DNA of 21,407 bases from Takakia lepidozioides (Eukaryota; Plantae; Bryophyta): positions 1 to 21,407 of the forward strand of contig JAKLZA010000369.1 in the NCBI GenBank assembly GCA_030704615.1, in the 5' to 3' direction. Position 1 is the first letter of the stretch. Each line of letters starts with the position of its first letter. The notes below the pieces were generated by a model. It was not told the DNA's origin. It was given only the letters and a program-made list of their open reading frames with translations, and searched no databases. Shown piece by piece: positions 11,801 to 21,407 of the stretch. The position numbers and the translations under genes were made by a program.

Positions 11801-12017
11801 TGCCATCGCCGAAATCATCGTGGAGCACAACAATACTCTCGACAACAAGGCCGTTAGAGTCCTTCCTTTCCTCCTCCAAAAAAACCGACCCCGGTTTCAG
11901 GTGGTATCGAACGCACAGATATTTCTCCATCACCCGGCAGGTGTCCCCTCTGCACGGAAATGAAGCTCTATGCTCGTGAGGAGGGCAGTACACTGTAGCG
12001 CTCGGGTTTTCCGCCAT
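8841..12017 (-). pseudogene. MULE-like transposase: GCM/WRKY-like Cys-His domain, N-part of DDE domain, C-terminal SWIM finger; frameshifted, catalytic core apparently deleted
   Basis: KHDGHPWC...CAGALRC...CAHC...RACIHVGSHCH (~10940-11290), WVMFDHIKR...TMGAHVYD...TIAICEMKGED (~10340-10490), SWIM PTCNCTDF...YPCKHLLYY (~8960-9035). Start codon uncertain (12017 or ~11680). Confidence 0.75.
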
Positions 12018-12298
12018 GGGAGATGTGCACACAAGACTGCCAGGATGGCGTGCGGGGAAGCTCCCTGGTAGAAGGGGGTGCAATGATGGGAATGAATGCG
12101 ATGCCGATTTGTCCGAGCGACGAAGCCTGATCCAAATCCAGGGAGCCAACTATCTCAAAAATCCACAGTCAGAGTGTTAATGAACCTTGTCTCCGGAATG
12201 CGGCCCCTGGTCTTTGCGCAATAACTGCCAACGGTATGCAGTCAGAAAGTGGGGGGCCGTCCGGATGATGACGGCTGAAGGGGAGAAGCCGGCACCGT

Positions 12299-13990
12299 GC
12301 CGTCACATTACTACCCCCGAATGGAAATTCGGCACCCAATATCCAACAGAGGAAGCCCGGATGAAGTCGCCTCGGGCGCAGAGGCCGGCGCGTGTGCGAC
12401 AGAGAACATCCCCTGGATGGAGATTCGGCGCCGAATTTCCATCCGGGCCCCCCAAAGGGAGTCGTGTCGGGGGGTCAGGCCGAAAACTGGACGGCATAAA
12501 AACATCCCCAGATGGAAAAACGGCGCCGAATTTCCATCCGGGGCGGTTCGGATGCAGTCGGGGAGGGGGGGTGGCCGGCACTTGGCCGTCACATTTCAAC
12601 CCCCGGACGGAAATTCGGCACCGAATATCGAACAGGGGACGCCCGGATGAAGTCGCCTCGGGCGTAGAGGTCGGCACGTGTTCGACAGAGAGTATCCCCT
12701 GCATGGAGATTCGGCGCCAAATTTCCATCCGGGTCCCCCCAAAGGAAGTCTTGTCGGGGGGTCAGACCGAAAACTGGCCGACATAAAAACCTCCCCAGAT
12801 GGGAAAACGGCGCCGATTTTCAATCCGGGGCCGTTCCAAGCAGTTGGGGGGGGGAGGGGGGAGAGGTCGGCACCTGGCCGTCATATTTCAACCCCCGGAC
12901 GGAAATTCGGCACCGAATATCCAACAAAGCGGCGGAGAGGCGGCACCTCTCCGACAGAGACCATCCCCCGGATGGAAATTCGGCGCCGAATTTCCATCCT
13001 ACAGGTAAGTGGAATCCCGGATGGATGGAAATTCGGCGCCGAATTTCCATCCAGCAGGTAAGTGGAATCCCGGAGGATGGATGGAAATTCGGCGCCGAAT
13101 TTCCATCCAGCAGGTAAGTGGAATCCCGGATGGATGGAAATTCGGCGCCGAATTTCCATCCAGCAGGTAAGTCGGATCGCTGGCGTATGGATATTTGGCG
13201 CCGAATTTCCATCGCCAGGTATTTCATCGCTCAGAATTACCTTCCTGCAGGTAATCCTATCGATGCGGTAGGAAGGTAATTCCTCATCAGAATTACCTGC
13301 ACGAAGGTAATTCTCATCTGGGAATTACATGCAGGAAGGTAATTCTGAGCGATGAAATACATGGCGAATGGAAATTCGGCGCCGAATATCCATACGCCAG
13401 CGATCCGACTTACCTGCTAGATGGAAATTCGGCACCGAATTTCCATTTATCCGGGATTCGAATTACCTGCAGGATGGTAATTCGGCGCCGAATTTCGATC
13501 CATCCGGGATTCCACTTACCTGCTGGATGGAAATTCGGCGCTGAATTTCCATTCATCCGGTATTCGAATTACATGCCGGATGGAAATTCGGCGCCGGATT
13601 TCCATCGAGCGCTTCCGAATTACCTGCGTGAGGGAAATTTGGCGCGCCGCCCGACCTGCGCGGATGGAAATTCGGCGCCGGATTTCCATCCGCGCGCTTC
13701 CGAATTACCTGCGTGAGGGAAATTGGCGCGCCGCCCGACCTGCGCGGATGGAAATTCGGTGCCGGATTTCCATCCGAGCGCTTCCGAATTACCTGCGTGA
13801 GGGAAATTTGGCGCGCCGCCCGACCTGCGCGGATGGAAATTCGGCGCCGGATTTCCATCCGCGCGCTTCGGAATTACCTGCGTGAGGGAAATTTCCAGCG
13901 CCGCCTACCTTGCTGGATGGAAATTCGGCGCTGAATTTCATCCTGCTGCGCTCCGAATTACCTGCAGGATGGAAATCGGCGCCGGAATTC
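12299..13990. repeat. Composite palindrome array B between the divergent genes (~290-bp, 53-bp and 84-bp sub-arrays)
   Basis: About 22 copies of the core, up to the 30-bp perfect palindrome GGATGGAAATTCGGCGCCGAATTTCCATCC, in three different spacer contexts. Confidence 0.95.
12968..13606. repeat. Long inverted repeat, ~285-bp arms, 68-bp spacer
   Basis: 13160-13255 is the near-exact reverse complement of 13324-13420. Cores pair symmetrically (13197/13378, 13144/13431, 13091/13484, 13035/13537, 12982/13590). Confidence 0.9.
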
Positions 13991-14942
13991 TATCGCAGCG
14001 CTCCGAATTACCTCTACGTTGGAAATTCCGGGACTGTTTACGTCGATTTTCATCCGACATGGAGGGCTTCATCCGACATTTATTGCGCAGTTGGGCAATA
14101 AATGTCGACCGCTGTCGGTTATTATTCGGGCTGGCGACGCATGGCTTCCTGGACACGTACCCTAAATCTCATGCTATCTTGCTTAACATGCTATTCGAGG
14201 CATGTACCCCAAAAAAGGAGATCTTTTTGGCTGGGACTTATGCCGCCTGAAGGGCGTGGCTCTCCTGAGAGAGACCTCACATCCAGACCGTGGCGGAAGT
14301 TGAAAGCTCTGTACTACGGACGACGGCCAATCTCTCGCATGGCCAAACTGAAGCTCCAGCAGGAGATTCCAGTGTCTTGCTCACAACCTGCGCCAACTGA
14401 GCCGAGTACTCTTAGGCAAGCCACTTCTGCTTTCGGTTTGTTCGATTTATTTTTGCTTTCGCTTTGTTACCTCGCTTTGTTTTGCATCTTCATCGTGGCT
14501 TCGCTGTATGAGTGAACTTTAGATAGTTGAGTGAACCTTAGATTGTTTGCAATGCGTGTGCAAATCCGGCAGCTCTGGAGAAGGCTGCTTGTGCATGTCA
14601 TTCTCAGGTAATGGTTTGCATTTGTTTTCATTGTTGTTGCATGGCTCTCCATACTTCCTAAACTTGTTATGTTTTCATTTTTGCTACACGATTGTTGCTA
14701 TGGTGGTTGCCTGCTCGTTGCGATGCTGCTTTTTGCACCGATGTTGGTTTTCACGATTTTTGTCAATGACAGAGTGACGACGAGCCCGGCACGCTGGTGG
14801 TATCATCGACAGCTCCAACTCATCGCATGTTTGAATTGCCCAACTTGGGTGAGAGGGCAAACTTAAACTTTTTGTTGGTGGACGGGAGGACTTGCAACGA
14901 GAGTACGACAGAGTAGGCATTGGGGAGGTTGGTGCAGGCGGC

Positions 14943-17900
14943 ATGGCAGGTGAAGGGCGTGAGGACATGAGGACAGCAGATCCGGCAATGGAGGTTGTTC
15001 ATGCACATGCAGTAGGGCCCGCCCACGCAAAGAAAAAGAAGAAAGCTAAGCACATGCAATCCCCGGCGAGAGAGCAGTCACGGGCTGCGGAGGGGGGAGT
15101 GAGCAGTGCGCGCAGGGTGTCAGTTCGCCTCAATCAAAGGTGGTCGTCCTGGAGGGCTCCCCTGCTGCTAGCCCTAGTAAGAAACAGAAGCCCGTGAGAG
15201 GGCAAAAGAGAGGGCAAAAGAGCAACGAGACAGAATGCTAGCCAGGAGGAAAGAGAAAAGGCAGCTGAAGAGGCCAGGGGTGCCCAAATGACAGATGCCA
15301 ATGTAAGCGAGGGACGCACAGAGACGGTGGATCCCTCCAAGACACCACAGAGAGGCAGTAACACACCGGTTAGACCATCGCGGGCAAGAGCAGCCCCCGC
15401 AATTACCCATACGGTGGAGAGTGGAGGAGAGAAAAGAACACCTGAAAGAGCACGGATTGTGCAAGTTCGAGGTGAAGCCAGGGAGAGGGCAGTAGAGAGA
15501 CGGGGGAGAGTGCTGGAGGTGGTTTCGCAGGTGGCTGACCCTGTTGAGGAGGACGACAGGGAGCTTTCTGACCAGGATGACATCCTCCTGGACATCCCCA
15601 GGCCCCAAACCCGGAGCATACAGGCTGGATTTGGCGGTCCTGGTGGGCTGCCGGAAAACCCCTCTGTAGCAGACGTCATGTCTGAGGCGGATATGAAGTT
15701 GGCCGCTGCCAAGATGTTGGAGGCAACCCACAGCAACATTGGCAGGGTGTTGGGGGGCATGGTGTACCCGGCCAAGCTTCGAATTCCCCTTTGCCGCTTG
15801 GTGTCATTGCAGGTGGTGAGACCTGCCCTCCCAGGCGATATCGACAAGCTGAAATTCTCTTTCCGGGATGGATATCGAATGGGGTCTGCCGCGTTTACGT
15901 TTCCATTGAGAACGACCACGGAGCTTCCCGTGCCCACACTTCCGATGAGGTGGACAAATGGGGTCCCCATTGGCAAACGCGAAATGAGGAGTTCGAGAGA
16001 TCGATTGCTAGTGATCCTCTTTTCCAGCACTTGTCCGGTAAGATGTTCTACGTGTGGGACGGCAATCATCGCCTCCTGGCATGGATGGAGCACATTGCCC
16101 AAGCCCACCCCAACGACCTCGATTGGCATTTCGCCGTGGATTGTGTTGTGCTGAAGGTTGCGGGGCCCAAAGATCGCAGTCTTCTCAAAGCTGCAATGGC
16201 GGACATCAACTCGTAAGTTACAACGCCTCTCGCTTTTGGACTTTGAATTTGGAAGTCATTTCATTGCGAATCCTCATATATGATGAAAATTCCCATTTCA
16301 GTATTGTTTGATGGAAATGTGGCACTGCAGGTGACTGAGAATGCCTTCATTGCCACCAACTTGTCCCATATGCTCTTCCGAGTGAAGGATGTCGGGAAGC
16401 AGGGGGTGCAAGAGTTTGCCAATTCCCTCAGTGCCGACCTCCTGCGCAAGTCGGAGGCAAAGGCAGACAGAACCTGGTATAGGCTGAGCGTGGTGGACTA
16501 CATATTTCGGGTAAAGCTCCTGACAGTTTTGTTGAGCTAATCTGTCTCTCCTCCCCCAATAGAAGAAATTGTGTTGAGCAGGATCTCTAATCTTATGTGC
16601 GCATTCTTGACAGACGAAAATACAGCAGGATTTGGCACATGCGCGGAGGTTCTACATGGAGTCAGAGGAGAAGAATCCAACCCTCCCGGAACTTGAATCA
16701 TATGTCAAAGCTGCGGAGGTGAGGGCCCGCATAAAGTACAAGTCGTGGATGGTAAAGTACGTGGCCATAGCTGATCCCGCCCTTGGTGCCGACTTTCTGG
16801 TGGAGGTGGGGAAGCACTACTCTCGCGCTCTGAAGCCCACAATGACATTGGAGAAGCTCCATCGTCTAGCCACATCCTGTGTGGATGCAACAGAAAAGGT
16901 GATACATTCTTAACAAAATTGTGGTGGCAACAACTCTTTTTTGTGGTGTTTGGCGCTTACGAATATGCTGGGTGGTTGGACAGACCCGGTGGCTCCAAAT
17001 CTGGAATGGTTCCCAAAGTACCAGGGACATGTGGAGCTTCCCCAAACCGGACAAACTCTCTGACCCCACATTCGACATGTGGATGAACCGCATGACATGG
17101 TGGTTTCAGGTACTTCCCCACGCTTCGTTTGGGGCTTCTACTCTAGTAGGGGGTGGATTCATTGTATTTTTTGAGGAAAGCGATCTGATGGACAATCTCC
17201 ACAGGTGACGACGAATGCGCAAGAGCAGCTGGACACACAAGCACATCAGTTCAAGATGGAGATATCTCCTGCAGCAGAGAGCCTACGTGACTATGTGACG
17301 AGGTACTTTCTGCTCTACAAAACCAACCTATTTTTTCGGGAGATAGCAGATGCTCGCCGGAACCACGAGTTCACCGACCAGCCGAACGCGGACAAAGCAG
17401 CAATGCGCCTTCTGTATAGGTACATACGCGCTGCCTTTCTTTCAAGTCCTGGCATTTCAGGATGTTAGAGGCCTCAAGTGGTGTTAGGGAAAATGGCGCC
17501 GAATTTCCAGTCAGGGCTCCGAAAATGGCTAAGTCCCTAGACTGGCTGGCCCGGAACTGGAAATTCGGCGCCATTTTCCAATTCCAGGCCCTATTGCCGT
17601 CCAGGGACTTAGCCATTTTCGGTCTAAGTCCCTAGGGTGGCTGGCCCGAAACTGGAAATTCGGCGCCGTTTTCCAGTTCTAGGCCCTATTGCCGTCCATG
17701 GACTTAGCCATTTTCGGGCTAAGTCCCTAGGGTGGCTGGCCCGGAACAGGAAATTCGGCGCCGTTTTCCAGTTCTAGGCCCTATTGCCGTCCAGGGAATT
17801 AGCCATTTTCGGGCTAAGTCCCTAGACTGGCTGGCCCTGAAGTGGAAATTCGGCGCCATTTTCCAGTTCCAGGCCCTATTGCCGTTCAGGGACTTAGCCA

Positions 17901-20758
17901 TTTTCGGGCTAAGTCCCTAGACTGGCTGGCCCTGAAGTGGAAATTCGGCGCCATTTTCCAGTTGTAGGCCCTATTGCCGTTCAGGGACTTAGCCATTTTC
18001 GGGCTAAGTCCCTAGGGTGGCTGGCCCGGAACTGGAAATTCGGCGCCGTTTTCCAGTTCTAGGCCCTATTGCCGTTCAGGGACTTAGCCATTTTCGGGCT
18101 AAGTCCCTAGGGTGGCTGGCCCGGAACTGGAAATTCGGCGCCGTTTTCCAGTTCTAGGCCCTATTGCCGTCCAGGGACTTAGCCATTTTTGGGCTAAGTC
18201 CCTAGACTGGCTGGCCCTGAACTGGAAATTCGGCGCCGTTTTCCAGTTCCAGGCCCTATTGCCGTTCAGGGACTTAGCCATTTTCGGGCTAAGTCCCTAG
18301 ACTGGCTGGCCCTAAAGTGGAAATTCGGCGCCATTTTCCAGTTGTAGGCCTTATTGCCGTTCAGGGACTTAGCCATTTTCGGACCTCATTGTGTTTTTCA
18401 TGAATGCAGGTACTGTAAGTTCTCCCTTTTGGAGAAAGGTCATCTGTCTTCGGAGCCACCATTCTTCCTGGCATGGAGGAACCCTGGGGCTGACTCCATG
18501 TACACTGACGATATTGTGAAGGAGTGGCATCTGGAACATTTGCGTGATTGCCCTTGGTATGTGGACCTTCCGCCCGGCTCGCTCGACCCATCCGAGTTTC
18601 AATTGAAGCTGGATGCTGAATTCCGACGAAACCGGGCTCCGCTGCCTCCGTTGGGTGCAAAAGAGGCAAAAGCGCTTGCGAACTCCAGGAAAGCGACAGA
18701 GCTTGCTCAGGCAGGAATTCAGGAGAAATTGCATGAGAAGAGTAAAGGTCAAAGGAAAATGACAAGGAAACAGGTGACTGCAGTAACACCCAAAAAGAAG
18801 AAAACCATCGGGGCATCGGAGGAGGCGCAGGAGGGGACCCAAGAGAGTGACTCGGACGACGACTTCGTTCAAGGTCCTTCGACTGCTGTTGCTCCTACCC
18901 AGTCACCGGTCGTCCGGGTTCCCAAGTCAGTTCGGAGTGGGACTGGCTCTGCCAAGAAGTTGGCATTTGAGGGCGAGCCTACACGCCGGTATTCGGCGGT
19001 GACGTTTACGCACAGGCCAAAGCTAGAACCTCCAACCATCATCCAATGCGTCAATGAGAGCTTCCTTGACGCTCTCGCTGCCAGGGCGAAGAAGGTGGCA
19101 CACAACAAGTCTCTGGCGGAGCAGAAGGGGAAAGCCAAGAAGAGGGCTGGCGGTACAGAGCCTAAAGACACCCCTGGTTTTGAAGCCATGATGGAATTCT
19201 TCACGGCTGTGAGCACGAATTGCAAGAGCACTCGGGGGGGGTTGAGGTGGAGAGAGCTTGCGACATGATTCTCCTCGACATTCCAGATGGGGAGCTGCTG
19301 GAGGGCCTGGATGGTGTGCCCACCTGGAACAGGTTTACTGAGCACTACTAGAAAGCCGGGTTTGGGCTGGTGGGGATGCTTCTGGATGACGGTGGATGTG
19401 TGGTTGTCATTGCCACGAGAGGGAAGACCACAGAGAATGCGGTGGCAAGGTGGACACCGAAAAGTGTCACCCCGGTCCTCCTCAGAAAATGGTTCTGCAT
19501 CAGTACGCAGGGGTTGCGAACAGAGGGCCAAAGTGTAAGTTATCAATCTTTGCATTCACTTCATATTGTGGTGTATGTTAAGTAGACCCTGGAGTTGATC
19601 CCTTCTTTGTTGGATGTGCAGACATTGGTGTTTGAGGCATATTGCTTTGTGAAGAGAGGGTCTACGCTCAAATTCCGCAACGACGGTCGTCTTGTTGATG
19701 CCGCTGTGGACCCTGTAACCTACGATGTCCTCTACAACTATGTGCCCCACTCCAGTATGCCGAATGACACAAAGACAGGCAAACCGTGGCGGTACAGCCG
19801 GACCCGGAGCCCTGCTTTCATCCAAACCCTCATGGAGACGTGCTCGGATGTCCAAGGGCGGATTCTGGACCTCACATGCGGCACGGGTAAGCCTTCACGT
19901 GCTCAGTTTGTCCCCTGGCCCGACTGCAATTGCATGCCGCAAGCTATTAACCGCCCGCTTTGTTCCTCAGGTGCTTCAATGTGGGCAGGGACGTTGTCCG
20001 ACAGGCATGTGTTCGCCTTCGAGCCAGATACTGCCCTCCACAACTCGGAACTTGCAGCGGCTGAACGTCTGCCGAAAGAGGAAGAGGCATCCTCGGAGGA
20101 TGAGGAAAAATCCGAGAAGGAGCAGGGGGAGGAAGTTGGGATCGAGGCCGAGGAGCCCCCGGTTTACGAGTGAGTGGTGGCATTGTAAGTTGCCTCCAGA
20201 TTTTGTGAGGCACCTCCCTCCGCTCTCTTATTTCATTGAAAACCCTTTCTGGTTGTGCTGGTATTGACATTCTTGAAGTGGATTTGTTCTTACTGTAGGA
20301 TGCCAAGTACTGCCGGAGGGACGTCTACACCGGAGTTCATGGGCAGGAGGAACGTGCCTTTTTTTGCCAGGGGGGATTTCATGCCTAGTCCAGAAAGGGA
20401 GTACATCCTTCCTACTTATGCTGCCCGGCTTGCTTTGGTGTCCATTAGGAGGTGTTCCGAACGTAGTCGTGTACAGCAGATTTTAGACGAGGCAAGCCTC
20501 AAGAAAATGAAGATGAGGGAGGAGGCAGCAGCTATTAGAGCCCGTCGGGCTCGTAGATTTGTGTTGGATTCTGCTGAGGAAAGTGGGGGAGAAGACGCAG
20601 AAGATTCCCAGGAGGTGAGGTGGACAGTCCCCCAAGGAGAGGACGGGATTTTTGAGAGGCATAGTGGAACTGATGCATCACAGAGCTCGGAGGATGAGGG
20701 GGATGAGGGGGATGAGGAAGAAGGTGGGGCAAGTTCCTCGGAGGGTGTAGGAGAGTAG
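14943..20758 (+). CDS. Multi-exon cargo gene: low-complexity N-terminus, ParB/Srx-like domain, helical region, beta-class amino (N4C/N6A) methyltransferase fold, acidic tail
   Basis: IPLCRLVSLQVVRPAL...KMFYVWDGNHRLLAW (DGNHR at 16058-16072); motif IV-like DMILLDIPDG (19262-19291) before motif I-like ILDLTCGTG/ASMWAG...RHVFAFEPD (19862 onward). Introns at 16213-16330, 16511-16613, 16899-16983, 17110-17204, 17420-18409, 19535-19621, 19887-19970 and 20170-20298. A few 1-bp frameshifts and a TAG at 19349-19351. True start uncertain. Confidence 0.8.
17488..18382. repeat. Palindrome array C: nine 95-bp units inside an intron of the cargo gene
   Basis: Cores start at 17558, 17653, 17748, 17843, 17938, 18033, 18128, 18223 and 18318, plus one inverted core at ~17488. 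Confidence 0.97.
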
Positions 20759-20919
20759 TGCCCATTCCGGCTATGACAGTTAGAACATACTTGTATAGAC
20801 GTGGCTTGCCACAAAATTTGCAATAAAATGTTGCATTTCAAGTCCACTGGTGCCACATTCCAACTTCACATGACCCTATTTCCGTGCCTCCTAACCCTAT
20901 TTCCGTGGACTCACAATGG

Positions 20920-20978
20920 TCTGCTCATGCTTTTTTTTTTTCCGCTCATGCTCATGCCGCTCATGAAATAGCAGCCCC
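20920..20978 (-). repeat. Right terminal inverted repeat
   Basis: Reverse complement of the left terminus, with the same CATGAGC(GG) micro-repeats. Confidence 0.88.
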
Positions 20979-20987
20979 CTTTTACCC
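20979..20987 (+). repeat. Right target-site duplication CTTTTACCC
   Basis: Identical to 7993-8001. Confidence 0.9.
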
Positions 20988-21306
20988 TGCTGCTTCATTC
21001 GCGTTGGTGGGGGTGAAGCGGCCTGAGCCGGTTCAGAAACCAGTAGAGGGACGGGCTGCTTCTTCTTCGACTTTGCTGGAGAAGGGCCCGACCCCTGCTG
21101 GCGATTCTCCATGACCGAAGAACGCGAGTCGATCTCTGGGGCTTTGAACTTGCCCTTCGAAGCCGCGTCTTTGAAACGCACAGGGCTAGGCCCGGCAGGA
21201 ATACCCAGGCTCGGGGATCGGGTGGGTGTACGTGCTGCAGCTAGCTCCTCGGACTCTTCCTGCGGCTCTTCGGATTCCTGCGATCCCTCCAGCACGTCCA
21301 CCTTTC
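20979..21306 (-). pseudogene. Upstream exon portion of the host ParB-methyltransferase gene
   Basis: Acceptor ...cctaacag at 21307. The open frame ...PPPTRMKQQGKR joins in frame to QIQLQATPFTCKDEE (7992 downward) when the insertion is removed. Confidence 0.75.
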
Positions 21307-21407
21307 CTGTTAGGTATGCAAACATGTTCTGCATTCAAGTCTCCTAGCATTCAGTCTAAGAATTACAGAAGCAAAATGGGGGGTTCGGTGCTCGATCAGC
21401 TGCGCGC

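Larger units (their letters stand above)
8002..20978. mobile_element. ~13 kb Mutator-like (MULE) DNA transposon with ParB-methyltransferase cargo
   Basis: G-starting TIRs, 9-bp (possibly 8-bp) TSD, SWIM-containing MULE-like transposase. Removing it restores an open reading frame in the flanking gene. Confidence 0.88.

Noticed and set aside
12187-13934. Many ORFs with MEIRRRISI / WKFGAEFP / DGNSAPNF peptides (similar ones at 8373-8863 and 17719-18300)
   Set aside because: They are translations of the palindromic repeat in all six frames.
12968-13990. CRISPR-like array (30-bp palindromic repeats with spacers)
   Set aside because: Spacers are near-identical within sub-arrays, there are no cas genes, and the context is eukaryotic with introns.
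14059-14940. Possible upstream exons of the cargo gene
   Set aside because: Coding-like sequence is followed by T-rich intron-like DNA, but no splice model or homology could be supported.
4627-20758. The two ParB-methyltransferase genes as long inverted arms of one element
   Set aside because: They are well diverged, and the TIR, TSD and in-frame empty site show one is the insertion target and the other is cargo.
14943-20758. Bacterial or phage parABS or restriction-modification locus (contamination)
   Set aside because: GT-AG introns at positions shared by both paralogues, no ParA or nuclease, and eukaryotic transposons on all sides.

Overview
Eukaryotic DNA (GT-AG introns; probably an early-diverging land plant or streptophyte, by inference) made of three nested mobile layers. 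(1) 1-4626 is the 3' part of a Ty3/Gypsy LTR retrotransposon. Its polyprotein has a C5-cytosine DNA methyltransferase C-terminus ahead of RT-RNaseH-integrase and a PHD finger at the integrase end. (2) An intron-containing minus-strand gene for a ParB-like + beta-class amino-methyltransferase-fold protein (4627-8001, with a 5' exon at 20979-21306) is cut by the Gypsy LTR and split by layer 3. (3) A ~13 kb Mutator-like DNA transposon (8002-20978) has short TIRs and a CTTTTACCC target duplication. It carries a GCM-like/MULE/SWIM transposase and, divergently, its own paralogue of the ParB-methyltransferase gene. All its large non-coding regions hold about 40 copies of the palindrome GGAAATTCGGCGCCGAATTTCC, mostly spaced at whole helical turns (53, 73, 84, 95 bp). 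The host paralogue carries a symmetric variant of the palindrome in its introns. Together this suggests a transposon-encoded, sequence-specific protein/target-site system. Domain calls come from motif recognition only. Many frameshifts lie in homopolymers and may be sequencing errors.
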